Notes under the pieces: generated by a model
Seen by the model: only the letters and a program-made list of their open reading frames with translations
What the model was told of the DNA's origin: nothing
The model's database searches: none
In this document: piece by piece, positions 15,201 to 23,849 of the stretch
Position numbering within the stretch: the first letter of the stretch is position 1
Layout of the letters: every line of letters begins with the position of its first letter
From: Antedon mediterranea
Taxonomy: Eukaryota > Animalia > Echinodermata
NCBI RefSeq assembly: GCF_964355755.1
Contig: NC_092675.1
Location: forward strand, 2,661,812-2,725,811
Length of the DNA: 64,000 nucleotides
Reading direction: 5' to 3'
Position numbers and translations under genes: made by a program

Positions 15201-18200
15201 ACATAGTCTTGAAGTTGTTTAGTTCTTCACACTCTGTTTGATCCTTGCACCAATAGTAACCTTTGAACTCTTTGTCTAAAAGAAAACAATTTTAGAATAA
15301 CAAATCATTATTACCTCAGGTTATATTTTTTCTCTGAGATATTTGTCAGCAGGATTGTATCAAACTAAAAGACGGATCTTTACCAACCAGGATCCCAATT
15401 CTGTACCACTTTTTCTCTTATTAAAAGAGAGAGTAGCGCTTAACAATTGAAAAGTAAAGACTTTTTGACTTTCCTTTTCTACAGCACATGTAAATCATAC
15501 ATTTATTGTTTACTTTGAATGTTGATCCAACATTGAAACTAATAAATCTGCTATACCTGTTTGTGGAAGAACATCACTCTTAGTCCGAGTACACCAAGAC
15601 GGCGAATCTTTTAAAAATCCACGCAAGTCACATGTATATCTCATCAGTTTCTGGGATGTAGCTTTGATGTCGTGAACTCTGTCAATCATGTTCTCATCCA
15701 TTTCAAGAGCTTTTTGAGTGTCCCATGTATTTTGAATAAGACGGTTGACAAAGGTCAAAGTTAAATGAACAAGTTGATCAGAGTATTGTTTAGATTGCGA
15801 TTCACTCATATTTTCTCTAATTGATGCTAATAACAAACCAAGAGCATCCCATAATTCCTCAGTATCAGTGTTGATGCTTTGTTCACTTTCAACTACCTGA
15901 CTGAAAACTAAAGAAAAAGCCATATTTACATTATTGTGGCAGGGGTAAAATTCAAGCTTATTTTAAAATACTATGTTGAACATACAGTTAATTTCTTGAA
16001 TTTAGTGTCGAAGGAAAAGAGTAAATGATTTATCCAAAAAATAAGTGGATTTTGAAAAATCAGAGATGAGAAAGTGTTGAGTTAAGTATTAAGAAAGCTT
16101 ATGGTAAATCACTTTAGAAAACCATCAGAGAAATGGCAGTCAAGTATAAAAAAATGCTCATGGCTAAAGAAGATAACAGATTAAAAGTAAAAGAAAGTTA
16201 AAAGATGACAAGAAAAAAAAAATAAACTAACCGCCTTCTCTGCATTTAAGGAAGAATGCTATAGTGTCCAGTTGTCTATGCTTAAGGCCTACCTCTAATG
16301 CATGTATTGGGATTGAACAGTGAGCCCAGTTGTTACTTTGGCAAAGCCTCTCAGCTAATGTAGCACTCTCGTAAGTCATAACCTAAAGAAAAATAAAAAC
16401 ATATAAATCTGAAATTTAAAAATAAAAAAGAGGGGTGTAGTCTCTGAATGAGGGTTGGCCAAATATATTAGTTTTTTATCCCTTGTTTCACAGGAAAGTT
16501 TTTATACAAAGTATTGTGAAATGAAATTGGTTTATACCTTGTTGATAAGATATTCTTGGTCCACACCCACAGCAATAGCTGATATAGTATTTGATGTAAT
16601 CAACAATGGGCTCTGCCCATCTAAACATGGTGTAGATACAAATGTAGGTTCTGAAAAACTGAATATAGATAGATTATTGTTTTATTAAATTTTAAACCTA
16701 AAACATGATGTCAATCATACTGCTTACTGCACGCTTTCTTAACAGTTCAGTCACTCAACTTGAAAGAAGGTACCTTACCTTATACACTGTTGTATATTGG
16801 TTTGAAGGTCAACAAGCAACATCATTCCATGACCTTTACCCTTAAACCATAACATTGTAGTTTCTATAGCAGCTGACAACTTTCGCAGTTCAGAATGTCG
16901 ACATGCTTTTGGTATTTTCAAAATGAAAGATCCATGTCTGGAATCTTTGTTGGGAATTGAGTCAGAGTCTTGTGAGGAACTTGATGAGTGTCTACTTCTT
17001 CTTATTGAGTTATCTTGTCTGTCCGATGTTTGTCTTTGAAATATTTTCTTATTAAATCCAGATATTTTTACATCTTTCTCTTTCAATGGAGTACTGAATT
17101 CATCTTTATAATTGCACTTTGAAGTATAAAACCAATGATGAGAAGTATTGCATAATGGTGACGTTCCAACGCCTTTGATTTCACCTTTGACCTGCAACTT
17201 GCTGTTGAGTCTTTCAACCTGACTTTTCCACCCTCTGCTGGTAGATTTTGACTTTCTGTAGAAGTCAAAATCATCTTCATCTGCATCCTTCTCTGGAATA
17301 AACGAAGCAACTTCTTCTATAGAATGTATGTGATTTGGAAAATGCTGAAAGTAATCATCTAAGTAAACATGATGGAGTGCAAATTTGGTACCAGTGAAGT
17401 AAATGAGAAGATGCTGTAGATTGGAGGAAATGGCTAGGTAGGTTGCTTTGCAGCTCTGTGAGAGAACTCCAATACCTTGGTAAACTAACTTCCAATAGTC
17501 AATTAACTTAACAACTGCAATGTGACGACTCTGAGTTAGTGAATATATAGCTGAAATAGAAACATTCAAGAAAATAAACAGTATTTATGAAAAAACAAAG
17601 ATCTTCATTTACAACTGGTGCATCATATAGAAAGTGTAACATTCATTTATCATTTTAAAAAAATACAATGGATGAGGTTAATCGTTCATGTAATCTTAAT
17701 TCTTAAAGGCATGGTTGTAAATGCATGTATAAATCTATTCTATCGGCATAGTTAATTGTGCCGATAGTCAATAGTAAGTGTGGCACATTCAATAATGCCT
17801 CTAATGTATTTTTTTTTAATGTCAACTATCCCACAAGAAAAGATAGATTTCTGATTGAATAAAAAACATGCATAGTTGACTGTGCTATTAGAACAGTTGA
17901 CTGTGCTATTAGAACAGTTGACTCTGCTATTTAGAATTAAAACAGTTGACTGTGCAAATAGCTAATTTCAAATACAATATTGTAAAGGATACAGATTATC
18001 CCGCTTTCTTCAAGAATAAAGAGGAAATCTTTCTGTACAATAGAATCAGCAATAGAATCTTTTGATAAAAACTCTTTTACTTGGAAGCTTCTGGTGATGT
18101 CAACTGAGCTGGAAGAGTTCAACTTCAATGTCACCACAACATCCTGGATTAAAAGAACTGGATCTCCGTTGAGTTGAAGAATACAAGTTGATGGGTTACT

Positions 18201-19261
18201 TGAGAGATCTGCAAAAACACATATTCAATCATTTTAATTAAAAGTTACTATCAGACAATGTTCACACCCGATTTCCAGTGCTGTATCTCCACATACTATC
18301 TACTATATTTCCAAAGTATCATACAGTAGGTATATTTGGTAATACAGCATGTCATTTATATCACATGTGGTGCCTGTATCATGTAGTTTAAGGGTTAGGT
18401 TACTACTCGGTAGTATTATTAATAAATCAATTGACTGTGTTTTTTACCACTATATTTATCTTTAATATTGGTGAGTGCTTCGACCAAACGCCATTGTCCT
18501 TCCTGATTAACAACTCCTCCTTCCCCTGACAGTTGAATGCTCCATTCATTTATACATTTTAACTTGGAATTATATGTGCGGAATCCTAAGCATTCCTCCA
18601 GATGATTGTAATCACGACTCCATGAGAAACTAAAAATAAACCAAAAAATATACAAAAATAAAAATTGTTTATTATTGATACCATTACTGCCACTGGGTAA
18701 TTGTATGTCTATCTATGTAGGGATTTGGGTCATTATGGGTCATCATGGGTCATCATTGGGTCTGTAATTTAATAGGCCCTACCCATGATTTATTTGTTAT
18801 AACTCACTAATAAATGATGTAAGGCGCACCTAATAGGCCCTAACGTTCAGAAAAAATGTAATACAGACAATATTAATTAATAATTAATATTATTTAAGCC
18901 CTTTTTAAAGCAAATTAGGCGGGCATAAAAATCAAAACTTGGTTGACATTTTGCCATCTACTGGTTTTGGAACTGGAATTCTTGCCATGTACATAATCTA
19001 CTGCCTAGGCCCTAGGCCATTATGCCGGTACCGGCCTTAACACACACACGCCAGCTTATTTAGGTTATTATTATGTTAGGCCTGCCTAGCCTACCTGTCA
19101 ATTCCAGAAAGTTCATCACAATTTGCGATGTTTATGTTAAAAAAAACACGTCCATCAACAGACAGAAAGCCTATTATTTTTCTACCAGGAGCTTCAAATA
19201 TGTTTTTGACATTTTGAAGCTCAAAATTACGTTCAAGATTACTTAGCGAAACTTCAAACAT
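104..19261 (-). CDS. SPG11: Spatacsin (SPG11), 5' part, 19 coding exons, continues beyond window start
   Basis: Exons 19095-19261, 18448-18629, 17993-18208, 16779-17550, 16538-16658, 16232-16382, 15557-15907, 15193-15275, 14662-14913, 13733-13804, 12959-13095, 12509-12711, 12157-12388, 11726-11932, 11120-11226, 10665-10810, 9847-10008, 8554-8626, 104-269 join with consistent GT-AG phases (3800 nt). Peptides recalled as spatacsin-like: NWAHCSIPIHALEVGLKHRQLDTIAFFLK, GFNVKVELKQMCMQTTNRIVRDFL, SPFDVSKLFLWQS, LDFTYYLKQGRPSFAF. Confidence 0.93.
1593..1665 (+). mobile_element. tRNA-derived SINE head, degenerate
   Basis: A-box-like TGTAGTCGAGTGG and B-box GGTTCGAATCC; no clean cloverleaf. Confidence 0.5.
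1778..1925. repeat. about 63-66-bp tandem repeat, about 2.3 copies
   Basis: CAGGACACAGGCTGAGTGACCTCAT... recurs at about 1781, 1846 and 1915. Confidence 0.8.
5290..7758 (+). CDS. TRIM-NHL family E3 ligase (TRIM2/3/71-like): RING, B-box1, B-box2, coiled coil, two filamin repeats, NHL propeller; intronless CDS
   Basis: 822-aa ORF. RING CSSC...CFHSFCNEC...CPLSSC; B-boxes CQKC...CKDC...H and CSKH...FC...ICKSC...H..H; filamin motif NGSYEVKFDPKDPGIYVAHVMLDGLHVKNSP; NHL motifs LNRPSAIAIDSIGNIYVSD and GQFDTPVDV...IYVCDRYNNRVQ. Splice acceptor tttatttag ends at 5279, implying a non-coding upstream exon (candidate donor aag|gtaagt at 4048). Confidence 0.93.
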   Translation: MAMMDQKIEECQLIHCSSCQVEYDQTDDSPKYLACFHSFCNECIEKSATDKNTYKCPLSSCGKHQEVPPEGVNGLPENKLPQILTKINNLVNDMSKCQKCDGTHKADFWCKDCSMFYCKDCSEEHGTNEEHEVISCGNLAKKIENGERNVLNGSHYCSKHGEKIQSFCKKRSCKKAICKSCVEVHSPAHGHDVVDLKREADQCRKEFQCGIRDMKVCSKQWTSLEKNKSKEIEQIEMTTNEATEKIQKFFESGYILLKEREQAALKEVSKYAKEMKDYVEFQNQKASQLKESAKQLETVASNVIMYTDDKDIVQMKSRMVNVMNHLSVPPLSSRVIGPNMMSFNKADNAEERVLGFLNGIGQVKFNCAVPYLSYCEDTVAFEDFPCKINVQMVDYMGENCKQGGMNLTVVVKAPKTSTDVPHRVYDMMNGSYEVKFDPKDPGIYVAHVMLDGLHVKNSPLSIPTCELKTTVHPQVCNKPSKVTLTAVDSSRKARPMQPNLPIQAELDCPNGETITCDVVQESSKIYNIRYIPTELGEHKLYVGMNKKVLDFNPIILNVKQYLAVGQTNCSNQLNRPSAIAIDSIGNIYVSDTSKNKRIQKYNMAHECIGSIEMDLDGDASLVIDQDDNLIILFRSSKTVKVFDSTGNLQSTFTMDIMKKPIGLEVDSNNRIYITDCVGHKVYILDYYGKILNEFGGRGKEPGQFDTPVDVCLYNDLIYVCDRYNNRVQQLNEEGECLKIFNCCEKSFDMAAAITMTHEGHLVVYDAEQTMAAVLDVESKEVIKVVPCYGDVGQYQWESIIVNKDSMLLKVCPSQNCFRVYRM
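8554..8626 (-). CDS. SPG11: SPG11 exon (AYSPFDVSKLFLWQSTNNVAIREE)
   Basis: cacag / gtaag splice sites, phase 0 to 1. Confidence 0.9.
9847..10008 (-). CDS. SPG11: SPG11 exon (AMTGPVV...DVSVYDLLQ)
   Basis: cccag / gtgag; overlaps ORF 9814..10020. Confidence 0.9.
10665..10810 (-). CDS. SPG11: SPG11 exon (DPSYMFQTSL...APGTLEQ)
   Basis: tacag / gtaac; within ORF 10593..10898. Confidence 0.88.
11120..11226 (-). CDS. SPG11: SPG11 exon (LCQTVDD...CPWLHMMLHFRW)
   Basis: ttacag / gtatc; phase-compatible. Confidence 0.85.
11490..11662 (-). mobile_element. tRNA-head SINE (same family as 45284)
   Basis: Reverse complement matches 45284-45460 (GTGGCCGAGTGGTTAAG...GATAAGGACT..AAAC...GTGCAC.TTAAAGAACCC). 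Confidence 0.75.
11726..11932 (-). CDS. SPG11: SPG11 exon (RGVFSSNEIQDFDKLLKRLSRI...)
   Basis: cgtag / gtaag; ORF 11722..11925. Confidence 0.88.
12157..12388 (-). CDS. SPG11: SPG11 exon (...AWEFLTSRADWKQIQNWI...)
   Basis: cttag / gttag; ORF 12147..12356. Confidence 0.88.
12509..12711 (-). CDS. SPG11: SPG11 exon (...VQLWDKKTRERILFER...)
   Basis: ttcag / gttgg; ORF 12477..12695. Confidence 0.85.
12959..13095 (-). CDS. SPG11: SPG11 exon (ICELQKMGEFNAEEESAIEFIRHFEKLY...)
   Basis: tgcag / gtaag. Confidence 0.87.
13733..13804 (-). CDS. SPG11: SPG11 exon (GFNVKVELKQMCMQTTNRIVRDFL)
   Basis: catag / gtgag, 72 nt, phase 0. Confidence 0.9.
14011..14163. mobile_element. PIF/Harbinger-type MITE (about 140-150 bp)
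   Basis: TIRs AGCTCTGTCTACACTATCAAAC / GTTTGATAGTATAGACAGAGCT; further copies at about 47055, 52827, 56640 and 63130, and fragments at about 10592 and 11265. Confidence 0.8.
14662..14913 (-). CDS. SPG11: SPG11 exon (DVVESAILESCLPLAQAY...RILSNM)
   Basis: ttcacag / gttag; in ORF 14590..14952. Confidence 0.87.
15193..15275 (-). CDS. SPG11: SPG11 exon (DKEFKGYYWCKDQTECEELNNFKTMSKK)
   Basis: ttttag / gttag; provides the needed phase 1 to 0 change. Confidence 0.8.
15557..15907 (-). CDS. SPG11: SPG11 exon (...ENMSESQSKQYSDQLVHLTLTF...)
   Basis: ctttag / gtatag; ORF 15510..15923. Confidence 0.87.
16232..16382 (-). CDS. SPG11: SPG11 exon (VMTYESATLAERLCQSNNWAHCSIPIHALEVGLKHRQLDTIAFFLKCREG)
   Basis: Spatacsin motif; tttag / gttag. 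Confidence 0.93.
16538..16658 (-). CDS. SPG11: SPG11 exon (FSEPTFVS...GVDQEYLINK)
   Basis: ttcag / gtata; phase 2 to 0. Confidence 0.85.
16779..17550 (-). CDS. SPG11: SPG11 large exon
   Basis: ORF 16775..17569; tttcag / gtaag. Confidence 0.88.
17551..17992 (-). other. U12-type (minor spliceosome) GT-AG intron
   Basis: 5' splice site GTATCCTTT; branch-like TTTCTTGAA about 14 nt before the 3' AG; reading frame preserved across the junction. Confidence 0.75.
17873..17956. repeat. 21-bp tandem repeat (AGAACAGTTGACTGTGCTATT), about 3.5 copies
   Basis: Direct reading. Confidence 0.8.
17993..18208 (-). CDS. SPG11: SPG11 exon (DLSSNPSTC...LFILEESGII)
   Basis: tgcag acceptor, U12-type donor. Confidence 0.82.
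18448..18629 (-). CDS. SPG11: SPG11 exon (FSWSRDYNHLEECLG...)
   Basis: tttag / gtaaa; ORF 18419..18655. Confidence 0.78.
19095..19261 (-). CDS. SPG11: SPG11 first coding exon (MFEVSLSNLERNF...)
   Basis: ATG at 19261 preceded by candidate acceptor cttccttcag|acg; donor gtag at 19094. Confidence 0.72.
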
Positions 19262-19899
19262 CGTCTGAAGGAAGCAGACATATTGTTTATTCACGAGATT
19301 ATAAAATAGTATTTACAATTTTGATAATATCTAGTTTTAAAAAAATACTAAAAAATGACTAAAACTCTAAATAATAATACTATTTAATATTTTAAAATAT
19401 ATATTTGATACCAGTATTTTAACATAATAGAAAGGAAGTATTTATATAGTATTATAGTATGATGTCAGGCAAAGTTCACGTTATTTGTGTTTTGTAAACA
19501 TTGGAGAGGTATATTCAGAGCGTCATTTCGGAGCTATATTTCCTATACCATCCTGGCTAGTTGAGAATTCTCAACTATTTTATGTTTTTTTCTACCTTTC
19601 TGGAAAATGATATAATCCAAATTGTATTAATTCTACCAGTAGTAAACATTTAGAAACACTTGCATACATTCACTAATTTTAGTTGTTTGTAGTTTAAGAC
19701 AATCTTAGTGACATTTAAATGAAAACAATACGATAAAAACTATTGTGTCTGTATTTTACAAGACTATGACTTCCGTATAACGTGCATTGTGGGTACTTCA
19801 ATTTTTATAGAAAAGCTAGGGAATCCTAATTTAGTAGGCAGCATATGGGGGCGGGGCAACCAAACTTGCTTATCAAATCAAAGCACAGTAAAGCAAAGG

Positions 19900-22275
19900 A
19901 TAAAATTAATGTACGATCCAGTTTACCACTGTTCTCAACTATAGTCATTTTAGTATACTTGAGCACAGTGATAAAGAATAGGATAAACTTAACAATATAC
20001 AACAAATAACATTAATGCACGATCCCGTTTAACACTGTTCTCAACTATAGCCATTAATTTTGGTGTACTTGAGCACAGTGATAAAGAACAGGATAAACTT
20101 AACAATATACAACAACAATGTACGATCCCGTTTAACACTGTCCTCAACTATAGTCATTTTGGTATACTAGAGCACAGTGATAAAGAATAGGATAAACTTA
20201 ACAATATACAACAAATAACATTAATGTACGATCCAGTTTAACACTGTTCTCAACTATAGTCATTTTGGTATACTTGAGCACAGTGATAAAGAATAGGATA
20301 AACTTAATAATATACAACAAATAACATTAATGTACGATGTAGTTTAACACTGTTCTCAACTATAGTCATTTTGGTATACTTGAGCACAGTGATAAAGAAT
20401 GGGATAAACTTAATAATATACAACAAATAACATTAATGTACGATGTAGTTTAACACTGTTCTCGACTATAGTCATTTTGGTATACTTGAGCAAATTGATA
20501 AAGAATAGGATAAACTTAACAATATACAACAAATAACATCAATGTACGATCCCGTTTAACACTGTTCTCAACTATAGTCATTTTGGTATACTTGAGCACA
20601 GTGATAAAGAATAGGATAAACTTAATAATATACAACAAATAACATTAATGTATGATCCCGTTTAACACTGTTCTCAACTATAATCATTTTGTTATACTTG
20701 AGCACAGTGATAAAGAATAGGATAAACTTAATAATATACAACAAATAACATTAATGTATGATCCCGTTTAACACTGTTCTCAACTATAGTCATTTTGTTA
20801 TACTTGAGCACAGTGATAAAGAATAGGATAAACTTAATAATATACAACAAATAACATTAATGTACGATCCAGTTTAACACTGTTCTCAACTATAGTCATT
20901 TTGGTATACTTGAGAACAGTGATAAAGAATAGGATAAACTTAATAATATACAACAAATAACATTAATGTACGATCCAGTTTAACACTGTTCTCAACTATA
21001 GTCATTTTGGTATGATTTGATTTGATTTGATTTATTTCGGCATCAGTACATAAAATATCACAGACATACAATTAAATTAATCAAGTATAAAAATACCAAA
21101 ATAAAACAAGGATGCCAAGGATAACTCATAAAAGTCCTCTACGGACTTATTTCCAATGAGGTCCTTTGAAAGAACAGCAAAAAGACAAACAATGCAACAA
21201 ATAAAAATTACAAAAAACAGCATACTTGAGCACAGTGATAAAGAATAGGATAAACTTAACAATATACAACAAAAAACATTAATGTACGATCCCGTTTAAC
21301 ACTGTTCTCAACTATAGTCATTTTGGTATACTTGAGCACAGTGATAAAGAATAGGATAAACTTAATAATATACAACAAATAACATTAATGTACGATCCAG
21401 TTTACCACTGTTCTCAACTATAGTCATTTTGGTATACTTGAGCACAGTGATAAAGAATAGGATAAACTTAACAATATACAACAAATAGCATTAATGTACG
21501 ATCCAGTTTAACACTGTTCTCAACTATAGTCATTTTGGTATACTTGAGAACAGTGATAAAGAATAGGATAAACTTAACAATATACAACAAAAAACATTAA
21601 TGTACGATCCAGTTTAACACTGTTCTCAACTATAGTCATTTTGGTATACTTGAGAACAGTTATAAAGAATAGGATAAACTTAACAATATGCAACAAAAAA
21701 CATTAATGTACGATCCCGTTTAACACTGTTCTCAACTATAGTCATTTTGGTATACTTGAGCACAGTGATAAAGAATAGGATAAACTTAATAATATACAAC
21801 AAATAACATTAATGTACGATCCAGTTTACCACTGTTCTCAACTATAGTCATTTTGGTATACTTGAGCACAGTGATAAAGAATAGGATAAACTTAAAAATA
21901 TACAACAAAAAACATTAATGTACGATCCAGTTTAACACTGTTCTCAACTACAGTCATTTTGGTATACTAGAGCACAATGATAAAGAATAGGATAAACTTA
22001 ATAATATACAACAAATAACATTAATGTACGATCCAGTTTAACACTGTTCTCAACTATAGTCATTTTGGTATACTTGAGCACAGTGATAAAGAATAGGATA
22101 AACTTAACAATATACAACAAAAAACATTAATGTACGATCCCGTTTACCACTGTTCTCAACTATAGTCATTTTGGTATACTTGAGCACAATATACAACAAA
22201 TAACATTAATGTACACGATTCTGTTTAACACTGTTCTCAACTATAGTCATTTTCATATACTTGAGCACAGTGATA
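19900..22275 (+). repeat. 106-bp tandem array, left arm of element A (about 20 units)
   Basis: Unit CACTGTTCTCAACTATAGTCATTTTGGTATACTTGAGCACAGTGATAAAGAATAGGATAAACTTAACAATATACAACAAATAACATTAATGTACGATCCAGTTTAA. Confidence 0.95.
21014..21221 (-). mobile_element. 5'-truncated LINE (CR1/L2-type) 3' end inserted in the array
   Basis: Interrupts a unit at TTTGGTAT|ATACTTG; AATAAA-like signal followed by an (ATCAA)n tail on the minus strand; no TSD. Confidence 0.65.
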
Positions 22276-22279
22276 ATAT

Positions 22280-23420
22280 GAAAAACATAATAACACTATA
22301 ATATTTGTAGATGAATGACGCGGACACGTACATATTATGTTCATAAGTAATTGATATAAATTGACTTTTAAAAGTGGAATTAACACAAATGGTTGTAGAT
22401 AAATATGACGTGAAATGATTGTAGATAAACATGACGTGAATTGCACGTACATTATGTTGATGAGTAGTATATATAAATCGACTTTGAAAAGTGAAATAAC
22501 ACTAATATTTGTAGATGAATATGACGTGGACACGTACATATATTGATTAGTATATTGATATAAATCGACTTTTAAAAGTCAAATTAACACTAATATTTGT
22601 AGATGAATATGACTTGGACACGATTTACATATGTTGATGAGTATATTGATATAAATCGACTTTTAAAAGTGAAATAACACTAATATTTGTAGAAGAATAT
22701 GACGTACATATATACGGTACATAATGTTGAATATGACTTGGACACGATTTACATAATGTTGATGAGTATATTGATATAAATCGACTTTTAAAAGTCAAAT
22801 AACACTAATATTTGTAGATGAATATGACGTACATATATACGGTACATAATGTTGATGAGTATATTGATATAAATCGACTTTTAAAAGTGAAATAACACTA
22901 TTGATTGTAGACGTGAATTGCACGTACATAATGTTGATGAGTGTATTGTTATAAATCGACTAAACGTTAAATAACACTATCTTGTACAAGTACCCTCACT
23001 TGCACTGATGAAGGGCTAGTGTTGCCCGAAAACTCTGCTAACTTTTCTGGCTGTTTTAATTTATCGTTTTGATTTAGCTTTTCGCTTCTTTTTTTGTATC
23101 TCCATTGAGACCACAGCATTGTTATTATTTCAGTATTTTGCCTTTGGATTTACTAATATTAAAAGTGAAATAACACTAATAACTGTAGATGATATGACAT
23201 TTATGTTGATGTATATATTTTTGTATATATAATATGCACACGTACATACGTTGATAGGTATTGATATAAATAGATTTTTAAAAGTACGGTAATAGACACT
23301 TTATTTGTAGATGAATACGACATGGACAAGTTGCAATAAATTCTATCGTTATATCGTATGTTGATGAGTATTGATATAAATCGACTTTTTTTAAAGTGGA
23401 ATAACACTAAAATGTATAGA
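22280..23420 (+). repeat. Diverged about 89-bp satellite in the centre of element A
   Basis: AATAACACTAATATTTGTAGATGAATATGACGTGGACACGTACATAATGTTGATGAGTATATTGATATAAATCGACTTTTAAAAGTG recurring. Confidence 0.85.
23000..23040 (+). ncRNA. Degenerate Penelope-type minimal hammerhead ribozyme within an insert of about 180 bp (about 22980-23160)
   Basis: GCA-CTGATGA-A-GGGC(tagtgtt)GCCC-GAAA-AC-TC-TGC: core boxes, 4-bp stem II, 3-bp stem I. Confidence 0.55.
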
Positions 23421-23625
23421 TGGATATGGCCTCAACAAGTATTGTATTAAGCGGTACTGTATATTGATATACTTCATACCTGTAATGTCAATGAAATCTG
23501 GCAACAAGAATTGTGTTTGATCCTCCTAATAGTATTCTAATATTATCTTGGTTTGTAAAGGAGGCATGAAAAATCTAAACGCATAGCCAGGGGAGGGGTT
23601 GGAGTTTCCTACGGTTTTTGTGAAC

Positions 23626-23740
23626 TTTTTAGTAGCGTGCAAACGTGACTCTACAGCTCACTATGTCGGTCGGTCGGTCGGTAAACACCAACTCAAATTT
23701 GAGCACGCGACTGCAGCCATGTTTATACTATGGCCTGTTT
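23626..23740 (+). mobile_element. Helentron-type non-autonomous element (HINE/DINE-1-like)
   Basis: TTTTT-AGTAGCGTGC subterminal IR with local hairpin, (GTCG)n microsatellite, 3' GCACGCGACT, terminal GCCAT...ATGGC hairpin and TGTTT. Confidence 0.65.
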
Positions 23741-23849
23741 ATACTAGAAATCAGCAGTGAAAGTATATTTAAATAATATGTGTTAATATAGAATTAGTTT
23801 TTTTTATTTAATAAATAGTATTAAAGTTGATCTTATTCTTTATCTGTGA

